From the NCBI GenBank assembly GCA_964373255.1, contig CAYJTG010000002.1, positions 30,481 to 94,480 on the forward strand: a DNA stretch of 64,000 nt, in the 5' to 3' direction. This document shows, in pieces, positions 9,458-18,018 of the stretch. How positions within the stretch are numbered: the stretch's first letter is position 1; every line of letters starts with the position of its first letter. A program made the position numbers and the translations under genes. The notes under the pieces were generated by a model. It was not told where the DNA came from, ran no database searches, and saw only the letters and a list, made by a program, of their open reading frames with translations. This DNA is from an uncultured archaeon (lineage in GTDB: Archaea > Aenigmatarchaeota > Aenigmatarchaeia > GW2011-AR5).

Positions 9458-12400
9458 TTATATCGTGAACCTTGTGTTGCTTGCTGTTATGTTAATGAAG
9501 TAAGGCTTGTCGTTCGTGTTGTTCACAAACTTCAGCGTGGATCCGCCCGGGTCTGTCCTGGTCGCAAGCACCCAACCCGTGCTTGAGCCGTTGACATTGT
9601 AATACATGTAATTCCAGTTCGAACTTAGGCTGGACAATATGGATGTGAAGTTGAAGCTGCCTGTTGTGCCGGCTGTCTTGCCCGCTGATTCCATTATTGT
9701 CTGCGTCGGGATGAAGAGCGTGCTCCAGCCCACAGCAAAGTACCCTGTGCTTGGCTGCGTGTAATTGAAATTACCCCTCGTATCGATTTCAAACCATACA
9801 ATGCCCGACGCCGTCATCGTATTGCCGAACGTGTCTGCGCATCTTACATAGTAAGCGTACACGCCATCGTTCTGGCCAGACAGCGTGTAGTTGTGTGTTG
9901 TGCCTGTTCCTGTGAATGTATTAGCCATGCCCGAATAAGTCTTGTCTGAGTTGTCAAACTTGCACGTTGCTGCTTCGCTTGTATTTACCAAGAGGCTAGG
10001 CGAACTTGTTGTAACTTTAGCGGCCGTTGTTGGGGCTGTTGCTGTTATTGTCGGCGCGGCATTGTCGGTTGTTATATTAGATGTATTCGAACCCAACGTT
10101 GCTACGGTTGGCGTAATTGCTACGCCAGACGAACCGCCTGTTATTGTCATATTTGCTGCAGCTGTTGTAAACGCCAATGTCTTGTCGCCACCTGCTCCTG
10201 ATGATACATTTATAACCAAAAGCAATACTTGTGTTGTACCATTTGTTACCGTGAACAATGGCGCTGCTGAGAAGTTATAGACACTATTGGAAGGCGCAGA
10301 TAAGTTCCATCTGATCAACGTCTCTGTAGCGTTGAGAATTCCATCGTCGTTTGTTGCGTTGAATAAGCCGACTGCAACTATATCCGCGTCCCCGGCTGTT
10401 CCTGTCCTTGTTACGTTAAAGTTGGTTATGTTCATTGTTTCGCCTACCGCTGATAATGAATAGCTTATTACTGTGACGTTAGGCGTTCCTGATATTGTGA
10501 ATTGCGATATCCTGTTCGTTCCTGTGACCGTGACATTACCATTTATTGTAGATGTTACAGATATGCCTGTGGATATTGTTTCGCTGATTGATTGACCTGT
10601 AGCCCCCCCAGTTGTAACTATGTCAGCAGATACATTTATTCCTGCGCCGAATGTTCTGCCCCCGAATGCATTGTTGCTCAGGTTGACGACAACAAAAACT
10701 ATTTGCGAACCGCCTGACGCAACCCTGAATGAAAGGCTGGAGAAATTATATCTTCCATTTGTCGAAACCGACCTGTTGCCTATGAATGTTTCTGTGCCGT
10801 TCAGTACGCCATCGTTTATTGTATCATTGTACAATGATATTGTAGTAATGTCGGAATCGCCGATATTAGTGCCGTTTCTTGTGATTATTATCTCGGAAAT
10901 GTTCATCTGCTCACTTGTCGCAGAGAAGTTGAGCGTGACGACAACAATGCCCCCTGTTCCTACTGTTGCATTGGCAGGTGCCCGCGATGTCCCTGTTATT
11001 GTAAGTGTTCCTGCTATTGTAGACGTATTCGAGCCTCCTGATGTGAGTGTCTGCGGCGTAACAGCTGCGCCGCTTGTGGCTGACGTTACGCTCAGGTTAG
11101 AACTTCCTAATGAAGCGCCGAACGTCCTGCCGCCTGTTGCGGTGCCGGATATGTTGAATACGACAATAACGTGCTGATAGCTGCCTGACGATATGTTCAG
11201 AAGGCTGGCGCCTGTAAAGTTATAGACGCCACTGGAAGGTATGGAAGTGTTCCACCTAAGCAGCGTTGAGCTTGCCAGGTCAGTTGCAACAGAGTTATTG
11301 TATATTCCGACAGCAACAACGTCTGAGTCAACAGATGACCCTATCCTTGTTATGTTTATGGCGGTCAAATTCATTTGTTCTTCAACGGCAGTAATGTTAT
11401 AGACAATAACAGTAACATTATTTGCGCCTATGTCTGTAAGTGCACCAAGCTTATTGATGCCTGTAATGTTAAGCGTGCTTATTGCAAGCGTGGATGAATT
11501 TGTACCGGAAACAACAGGCGTAATTGCTATATTTGATGTTCCTCCCACCATTGTCAGGTTTGCTGTTGCAATGTTTGCGCCGAATGTCCTGCCGCCTGTT
11601 GCGGTGCTTGTTAAATTAAACACAACTATGATGTGATGATATCCACCTGCTGATACACTCAAAATCGGCGCGCCTGAGAAGTTGTAAACCAGGTTTGTTG
11701 GCGCAGAGGTATTCCATGCTATCAATGTAGCTGCTGCTAGTCCCGTACCAGCAGAATTATTGTATATTCCGACTGCTGCGATATCGTCACTATTTGCTGT
11801 ACCTAAACGTGTAATATTCAACCTTGTTATATTTGCTGCTTCGCCTGTCGCTGTAATATTGTAAACGATCATTGAGACATTGGATGTTCCGGCAACCTTC
11901 ACAGTAGTCAATTGATTAATACCTGTTATAGTTGCTGTGGCGAATATTGTGCTCAAGGATGAGTTTGTGCTTGTCAATGTTGGCGTTATGGCCTGGCCTG
12001 TTGTGCTGCTGATTATGCTCAAGTTTGCAGCTGCGATGTTAGCACCGAACGTGCGGCCGCCTGTTGCTGATCCAGATATATTAAATACAACAAGTACGTG
12101 CTGGTTGCTGCCTGATGATACATTGAGTATGCTAGGCCCGCCTTCTGCAGTAATATTAAATACATAAACACCGTTGACTGGCGCAGACGTGTTCCACCTT
12201 ATCAATGTCGCAGCTGCTAATCCTGTTCCTACAGAATTGTTGAACAATCCGACAGCAACGATGTCGGTGTTCTGTACTGTTCCTAATCTTGTTACGTTAA
12301 GCCACGTGAGGTTCATCTGTTCGCCTGTGGCTGTGATGTTGTAGACTATGACTGTTACATTCACAGAGCTTACGTTTGTCGTTGCAGATACCTGGCTGAT

Positions 12401-15400
12401 GCCTGTTATTGACGACGTGCCGATTATTGTTGACGTAGATGATGCAACAGAAGCAAGTGTTGGTGTTGCCTCGATGTTCGATGTTCCGCCACTTATTGTA
12501 AGGTTCGCCGTTGCAATGTTCGCCCCGAACGTATTGCCCACGGTTGCGCCGCTCGACACGTTAACAGCAATTATCAAATGATGATAATTGCCTGCTGCCA
12601 CGCTTATAATCGGCGATCCTGAGAACCTTACATTTATGCCAGACCGCGTGCCGTTGCCTGAAATAAGCGTTGCACCTGATACTGTTGTGCCTGTTGAAGA
12701 ATTGTACAACGCAACAGAGATCACGTCCGTTGCACTACCAGTACCCAGCATTGTCACATTAAATTCGGTCAAATTCATTGCCTCGCCTGTGGCTGTTATG
12801 TTGTAGACGATGACATTATTGTTATTGGTGCTCACGTTTGTCGTGGTGGCAATTTGGGTGATTCCTGTAATTGCTGCTGTGCCGAAGATTGTTTGTGTTG
12901 AAGAGTTTGTTGTTGCGAATGTCGGACCAATGCTTTGACCGGATGTCGCGCCGACAACACTTATGTTGGCTGCTGCTGTATCTGCGCCAAACGTACGGCC
13001 GCCGGTTGCACCGCTGGTGATATTGAACACGACGAGCAGGTGCGTGTTGTTGGCTGCAAGTATGCGCACAAGCGGCGCTGCCGAGAAGTTGTACACTCCT
13101 GCTGTGGGCGCGGAAAGGTTCCATGCGATAAGCGTAGCTGTCGCCAGTGCTGTTGAGACTGTATTATTGAATATGCCTACTGCTCCTATGTCTGAATTGC
13201 TGAATGAACCAAGCTTTGTTATATTAAAGTTGGTGAGGTTCATCGCCTCGCCTGTTGCTGTGATATTATAAATAATGACAGTGACATTGCTGGTGCTCAG
13301 GTTCCTGTTCGCCGTGTTCTGGTTTATTCCTGTTACAGCAGAAGTGCCGACTATCGATGCCAGTGATGAATTGGAGCTCGAGAGCGTTGGAGTAATTACA
13401 GAGCCCGATGCACTGCCAAGCATGCTCAGGTTTGCTGTTGCTATGTTCGCGCCGACTGTGTTGCCGAACGTGACATCAGCTGCACCAGATATATTAAATA
13501 CAACAATAAGGTGCTGATAGCTTCCTGAAGATATATTCAATATACTCGGACCACCGTCGGCAGTTACGTTGAATATGTAAACGCCATTTGTAGGGCTGGT
13601 TGCGTTCCATCTTATCAACGTAGAGCTTGCAAGACCAGTGCCAACTGAGTTGTTAAACAACCCGACTGCTGTAATATTAGTGTTTGCTGTGAGGAACGCG
13701 CCTGTACCAAGACGCGTTATATTTATCCACGTCAAATTCATCTGCTCTGCGCCTGCTGTTATGTTGTAAATTATTACCGTGACATTAGTCGCGCTGACAT
13801 TTACCGTAGAACTAAGCACGTTTATTCCTGTAATTGTCGAGTTGCCAAATATATTCGAATTCGTTGTCGACATGCCTGATGTTATTGTCTCTGCTATCGA
13901 CTGTCCGGAGACGGAACCGGTTGTTGCTACGTCGGCGGAAACATTTATGCCTGCGCCAAATGTGCGGCCGCCGGTTGCGCCTGAAGAAATATTAAATACA
14001 ACCAAGAGTATCTGCGAACTACCGTTTCCGATAACCAAACTAAGTCCTGAGAAATTGTACTTGCCATTTGTCGTGACAGAGCGGTTGCGTATGAATGTTT
14101 CTGTTGCGTTGAATACGCCATCGTTAAGTGTCTCATTGTATAAAGATACTGCAGATATGTCGGCGTCCGCTATGCTGGTGCCGTTCCTTTCGATAAGTAT
14201 TTCAGATATATTCATCTGCTCGCCGGCGCTTGTGAAATTTATTGTCACAACAGTGACGTTCCTTGTGCCCACAGCTGTAGTCGCGCCAACCCTGCTTGTT
14301 CCTGTAAGTGTAAGCGTACCGAATGTTGTCACGTTCGGTACTGATGAAAATATCGTATAGTTGCCGCCCGCAGAGCCGTTGACAGTTACTTCGAATGGTA
14401 TGACACCTGCTGTTGATGGCGCAAGCCAGTTCGCAATTATGACGCTTGCATTTGAACCAGAAGCCACTACGGAAGCACTGGAGTTCTTTGTACATTTCAC
14501 AATCTTTGTAGCAGCGGTTACGCTGCCGTCCCACGTGCCCGAACCTATGGTAGGACACGTAACGTTTGCCACTTCCGTGTCGGCGTAGCCAGTTGCCGTA
14601 TAGTTTATTCTTATCTCGTTTATGCTATCTCCACCAGAAGGATTTACAACCGTGAAATTGAAAGTCTTTCTCGTACTTATTTGCTGCGTTGTATCGTTGA
14701 CGCCTGCTGTTGCCGAGAGTGCAAGTATGTTTGAATTTGTTGCTGGGTTGAGAGGAAACGCCCCCAAAGTTGTAATTGCCACGCCTGTCGCGCCGCTGCT
14801 CACTGTAATATTCGCTGCTGCTGCGACATACGCGTCGACCTTGTTAGAAGCCGCCGCACTCGCATTTATAACAAATGTAACTATAAGCGTTCTTGTTGCA
14901 CCACTTGTTACATTAAATATGCCATCGGCTGAACCGGAACCGAAGCGTGCAATACTTCCGGTCAATGTCGCTGTTGCAATCAGCGAATCAGCCGGCGTGA
15001 ACAGACCGTCGTTTGTTGAGTCATTATACAGCCTTGCTGCGGTCACGTCGTTGTTGTTTGTGTTATTCATAGTAATGTTAATCTCCCTTATTTTCATGGC
15101 CTCGCCTGTTGCCACAAACGTAAGGTTGATTATTGCCGCCTCCTGGCTCTGGTCAACATTACTGGGCGTCATGTCTGCTGCGGTAACCGAAAGGTTGCCG
15201 AATATTGTTGACGTTGACGAATTCGAGTTTGATAATGCAGGTGTTACAGCTGTGGCTGACGTGCCGCCAGCCATCGTCAGGTTCGCTGTGGCTATGTCTG
15301 CGCCAAATGTATTTCCTCCAGCGGCGGACCCGGAAACATTGAACACGACTATCAGGTGCTGGTTGCTGCCTGATGCAACAGTTACCAGAGGCGACTCGGC

Positions 15401-17521
15401 TGTCCTTGTGAAATTAATACTTATGCCGGAACGCGTGCCATTTCCTGATACCAGTGTTGCACCTGCGATGGCAGTGCTTGTCGATGAATTGTACAATGCA
15501 ATAACAGGTATGTCGGCTGCCGTGGCGTTTCCAAGCATTGTTACGTTGAATTCTGAGAGGTTCATGGCCTCGCCTGTGGCCGTGATGTTGTAGACTACTA
15601 TTGAGACGTTAACAGAACCTATTACTGTTGTGTTTGCATTCTGGTTTATGCCTCTCATAGTTGAATTGCCAAATATTGTTGATGCAGTAGAAGCTCCTGT
15701 CGTGACTGTTTCCGTGATGGCCACGCCGGATACAGCTGCTGTTGTAGAAACATTTGCAGGGTTAATTTCAACGCCGAACGTCCTGCCGCCTGTTGCGGCG
15801 CCGGATATGTTGAACACGACAAATAACGCCTGATAATTCACACTTCCGTTCCTTACCACAAAACTCAGGCTCGTGAAATTATAAACGCCTGTGCTTCCTG
15901 TGGTGTTCCAGCCTATGAGCGTTTCCGTGCCGTTGAGCACGCCGTCATTGATTGCTGATTCGTTATATAAAGCGACTGCGACAATATCCGCAGCCGTTGC
16001 TGTTCCTGTCCTTGTTACCTGTATATTTGTAACATTCGCGTTCTCGCCTGTGGCCGTGAAGTTGTACGTGATGACCACAACATTCGTCCTGTTAATCTGC
16101 GTTGTCGTGGCGACCCTGTTCGTGCCTGTTACGTTCAGTGCACCAAATATCGTGACAGTTGAAGAACCAAAGTCAGTGCCTGTCGATGTTATGGCCTGTG
16201 AAGAATTGCCGCCTGTTGCCGTGACATTTGCACCGCCGACAGTTATTCTTAGTGTGTTGCCGCCAACGGCATTTGCAGAAATATTATACGCAACGATATA
16301 ACATTGCGCCAGTCCTTGGGGTATATTACCGCCGGACGGGAGCGTCAGTAACATGGACTGGTTCACGCTGTCGCTCACAAGAAGGACTTCGCTTGCAACA
16401 GCTCCGTCGCAGTTTGAGTCGTTGAAAACCATTATCCTGGAGATATCATTCCCGAGGTTTGTCGCTATTGTATTGACGCGCAGCTGGATCGAAGAAAGGT
16501 TCTCGCCTGTTGATGAAAGATTTATCTGCCCCATCACCTTGTTGCCAACGCCGATCTGGACTGTTGTGGCGCTTGACGCCCTGTCGACAGACGTCAATGC
16601 CATTGTGCCAAAAACAGTCACCGTCGGCCTGTCTGCCTGCAGCGTAAAGTTGCCGCCCAGCGCGCCCCTGATATCAACTTGAAATGTCCTTACCCCGCCT
16701 GTTGAAGGGGCATCAAAGCTTGCTATCGCCATTGTTGCAGACTGTGATGTTGTGAGGTCTTGCCCGTCTGCGGGAGAAGTACACGTCACTGTGTTTCCTC
16801 CTGCATCAGCACTAGCGTCCCAAGAGCCAGAGATAGAAGGACACGTTATATCTGCGAGGTTAGGGTCGCCGAACCCTGCATCGGTATAATTAATAATTAT
16901 TCTGTCTATGGCGTCTGTACCATTGTTTCTTACCGTGAAATTATAATTTTTCTCCGAGCTTATCGCTGCTGTTGTATCATTTACAGTCACATTTGCCGCC
17001 AGCTGCGACACCGTTATTCCGACGGTTGACGAATTTGTTATATTATTAAGGACACCTGACGTCGCGTTGACCTCTGTTGTGTTGGTTGTGAAATTGGATC
17101 TCACTGGATAAGCAGGTGCTGCTGTTCCAGAAACAGTAATATTGAATGTAGTTCCGCCGAAGGCGACCACCGAGAAATTAAAGCATCGTATTATACCTCC
17201 GCCTGGCAATGAAGAATTAAATCCGCTTGAACACGTTATTGAATTATTGGCGGCTGGTACGTCCCATCTTGCTGCTGTGAAGTTTATGTCAAAAATTGAA
17301 ATATTGGCCTCGGTTCCTGTCCTTGTTATTGTAAAATTCAGCTGTATCGCCTGTGACGTGTCCAGCGGGCCCGCAGGCACGACAGCCGTTGTCGTGTTGT
17401 GGAGCGCGAAAACAGGATACACATAACTGAAGGCAAATATCGCTACTACTGCTATAATTAACACTACGCCTGCCATCAATCCTTTCTGCGCGCCCTTCAG
17501 CAGCCCTTTCTTCCTTTCCAT
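9458..17521 (-). CDS. Giant repetitive surface glycoprotein candidate (2687 aa)
   Basis: 8-kb ORF with an ATG start and an N-terminal hydrophobic segment. It contains at least a dozen ~150-aa repeats (..VTVIVYNITATGEAMNLT.FN(V/I)T.LG....DI.AVGL(F/Y)NNS...GGRTFGANIATANL..). Sequons are extremely dense. The distinct C-terminal ~200 aa includes ATCKFDNSDKTYSGM...THNYTLSGQNDGVYAYYVRCADTFGN. Confidence 0.9.
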   Translation of the reverse strand: MERKKGLLKGAQKGLMAGVVLIIAVVAIFAFSYVYPVFALHNTTTAVVPAGPLDTSQAIQLNFTITRTGTEANISIFDINFTAARWDVPAANNSITCSSGFNSSLPGGGIIRCFNFSVVAFGGTTFNITVSGTAAPAYPVRSNFTTNTTEVNATSGVLNNITNSSTVGITVSQLAANVTVNDTTAAISSEKNYNFTVRNNGTDAIDRIIINYTDAGFGDPNLADITCPSISGSWDASADAGGNTVTCTSPADGQDLTTSQSATMAIASFDAPSTGGVRTFQVDIRGALGGNFTLQADRPTVTVFGTMALTSVDRASSATTVQIGVGNKVMGQINLSSTGENLSSIQLRVNTIATNLGNDISRIMVFNDSNCDGAVASEVLLVSDSVNQSMLLTLPSGGNIPQGLAQCYIVAYNISANAVGGNTLRITVGGANVTATGGNSSQAITSTGTDFGSSTVTIFGALNVTGTNRVATTTQINRTNVVVITYNFTATGENANVTNIQVTRTGTATAADIVAVALYNESAINDGVLNGTETLIGWNTTGSTGVYNFTSLSFVVRNGSVNYQALFVVFNISGAATGGRTFGVEINPANVSTTAAVSGVAITETVTTGASTASTIFGNSTMRGINQNANTTVIGSVNVSIVVYNITATGEAMNLSEFNVTMLGNATAADIPVIALYNSSTSTAIAGATLVSGNGTRSGISINFTRTAESPLVTVASGSNQHLIVVFNVSGSAAGGNTFGADIATANLTMAGGTSATAVTPALSNSNSSTSTIFGNLSVTAADMTPSNVDQSQEAAIINLTFVATGEAMKIREINITMNNTNNNDVTAARLYNDSTNDGLFTPADSLIATATLTGSIARFGSGSADGIFNVTSGATRTLIVTFVINASAAASNKVDAYVAAAANITVSSGATGVAITTLGAFPLNPATNSNILALSATAGVNDTTQQISTRKTFNFTVVNPSGGDSINEIRINYTATGYADTEVANVTCPTIGSGTWDGSVTAATKIVKCTKNSSASVVASGSNASVIIANWLAPSTAGVIPFEVTVNGSAGGNYTIFSSVPNVTTFGTLTLTGTSRVGATTAVGTRNVTVVTINFTSAGEQMNISEILIERNGTSIADADISAVSLYNETLNDGVFNATETFIRNRSVTTNGKYNFSGLSLVIGNGSSQILLVVFNISSGATGGRTFGAGINVSADVATTGSVSGQSIAETITSGMSTTNSNIFGNSTITGINVLSSTVNVSATNVTVIIYNITAGAEQMNLTWINITRLGTGAFLTANTNITAVGLFNNSVGTGLASSTLIRWNATSPTNGVYIFNVTADGGPSILNISSGSYQHLIVVFNISGAADVTFGNTVGANIATANLSMLGSASGSVITPTLSSSNSSLASIVGTSAVTGINQNTANRNLSTSNVTVIIYNITATGEAMNLTNFNITKLGSFSNSDIGAVGIFNNTVSTALATATLIAWNLSAPTAGVYNFSAAPLVRILAANNTHLLVVFNITSGATGGRTFGADTAAANISVVGATSGQSIGPTFATTNSSTQTIFGTAAITGITQIATTTNVSTNNNNVIVYNITATGEAMNLTEFNVTMLGTGSATDVISVALYNSSTGTTVSGATLISGNGTRSGINVRFSGSPIISVAAGNYHHLIIAVNVSSGATVGNTFGANIATANLTISGGTSNIEATPTLASVASSTSTIIGTSSITGISQVSATTNVSSVNVTVIVYNITATGEQMNLTWLNVTRLGTVQNTDIVAVGLFNNSVGTGLAAATLIRWNTSAPVNGVYVFNITAEGGPSILNVSSGSNQHVLVVFNISGSATGGRTFGANIAAANLSIISSTTGQAITPTLTSTNSSLSTIFATATITGINQLTTVKVAGTSNVSMIVYNITATGEAANITRLNITRLGTANSDDIAAVGIYNNSAGTGLAAATLIAWNTSAPTNLVYNFSGAPILSVSAGGYHHIIVVFNLTSTATGGRTFGANIATANLTMVGGTSNIAITPVVSGTNSSTLAISTLNITGINKLGALTDIGANNVTVIVYNITAVEEQMNLTAINITRIGSSVDSDVVAVGIYNNSVATDLASSTLLRWNTSIPSSGVYNFTGASLLNISSGSYQHVIVVFNISGTATGGRTFGASLGSSNLSVTSATSGAAVTPQTLTSGGSNTSTIAGTLTITGTSRAPANATVGTGGIVVVTLNFSATSEQMNISEIIITRNGTNIGDSDITTISLYNDTINDGVLNGTETFIGNRSVSTNGRYNFSSLSFRVASGGSQIVFVVVNLSNNAFGGRTFGAGINVSADIVTTGGATGQSISETISTGISVTSTINGNVTVTGTNRISQFTISGTPNVTVISYSLSAVGETMNITNFNVTRTGTAGDADIVAVGLFNATNDDGILNATETLIRWNLSAPSNSVYNFSAAPLFTVTNGTTQVLLLVINVSSGAGGDKTLAFTTAAANMTITGGSSGVAITPTVATLGSNTSNITTDNAAPTITATAPTTAAKVTTSSPSLLVNTSEAATCKFDNSDKTYSGMANTFTGTGTTHNYTLSGQNDGVYAYYVRCADTFGNTMTASGIVWFEIDTRGNFNYTQPSTGYFAVGWSTLFIPTQTIMESAGKTAGTTGSFNFTSILSSLSSNWNYMYYNVNGSSTGWVLATRTDPGGSTLKFVNNTNDKPYFINITASNTRFTI
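10070..16610 (-). repeat. In-frame tandem coding repeats, period roughly 450-480 nt
   Basis: The recurring antisense translation RFAVAMFAPNVLPPVA appears in track ORFs near 11.56, 12.03, 12.51, 12.99 and 13.45 kb. The sense motif GG(R/N)TFGA.IA.ANL recurs at least 12 times. The boundaries are approximate. Confidence 0.8.
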
Positions 17522-17584
17522 TCAATGAACCCCAAATAATGTAATATTCTTGGTTTTGCCCTCTATATATAATTTTTTGTCGTT

Positions 17585-17836
17585 TCAGTAGCTTTTTTCT
17601 GCAACCCGTCCTTTTGTAATATTAGTGCTTGTAAATTCTGTCTTTAGAGCAACTGTCCTGTAAACGTTGGACCTTCCTACGCGTATTTTCTCTAGTTTGC
17701 CCTGGTTGCGCAATGCTTCCAAATAGCCAGATACGGCATCGCGCCTCATGTTTATGCGTTTCGCAACCTCAGACGTAGAAAGAAGCTCCTCTGACAACAG
17801 ATCAAGTATCCTTTTTTCGATATTCTCGGCCTGCAT
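17585..17836 (-). CDS. Small winged-helix transcription regulator
   Basis: 83 aa with an ATG start. The segment LSTSEVAKRINMRRDAVSGYLEALRNQGKLEKIRVGRSNVY is a typical wHTH recognition helix plus wing. Confidence 0.7.
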   Translation of the reverse strand: MQAENIEKRILDLLSEELLSTSEVAKRINMRRDAVSGYLEALRNQGKLEKIRVGRSNVYRTVALKTEFTSTNITKGRVAEKSY

Positions 17837-17960
17837 TACATATTCATTACACTTGTAATGTATTTATACGTTAAATAGCGGCAATATTGCAACAATATGG
17901 TGACAATATTGCTGCAAGGAAAAAAAACAAAACGCATAACGAAATGTAGAATAAAATTAA

Positions 17961-18010
17961 TAGAAAAATGAAAGAAAAAAGAAAAAAAATTCAATTTCTC
18001 AGTTCTTGAC
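17961..18010 (-). terminator. Oligo-T tract terminator candidate after the S-layer gene
   Basis: The minus strand reads TTTTTTTTCTTTTTTCTTTCATTTTTC immediately after the stop at 18019. Archaeal termination typically uses T-runs. Confidence 0.5.
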
Positions 18011-18018
18011 TAAGATTT

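Noticed and set aside
13779-15593. Long plus-strand ORFs (e.g. 13779..14360 at 193 aa and 14622..15593 at 323 aa; likewise 4457..5218, 5936..6688, 8548..9270 and 18680..20559) antisense to the giant surface-protein and S-layer genes
   Set aside because: Their translations are low-complexity V/A/P/F-rich mirror images of the Thr/Asn/Gly-rich sense proteins. They repeat with the sense repeats and lack signals or motifs. The sense ORFs are far longer and have recognisable domains. These are shadow ORFs.
9458-17521. Highly regular repeats that could at first glance suggest a CRISPR-like or satellite array
   Set aside because: The period is about 450-480 nt, and the units are divergent and in frame within one uninterrupted 8-kb ORF. 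There is no short repeat/spacer alternation. These are coding repeats.
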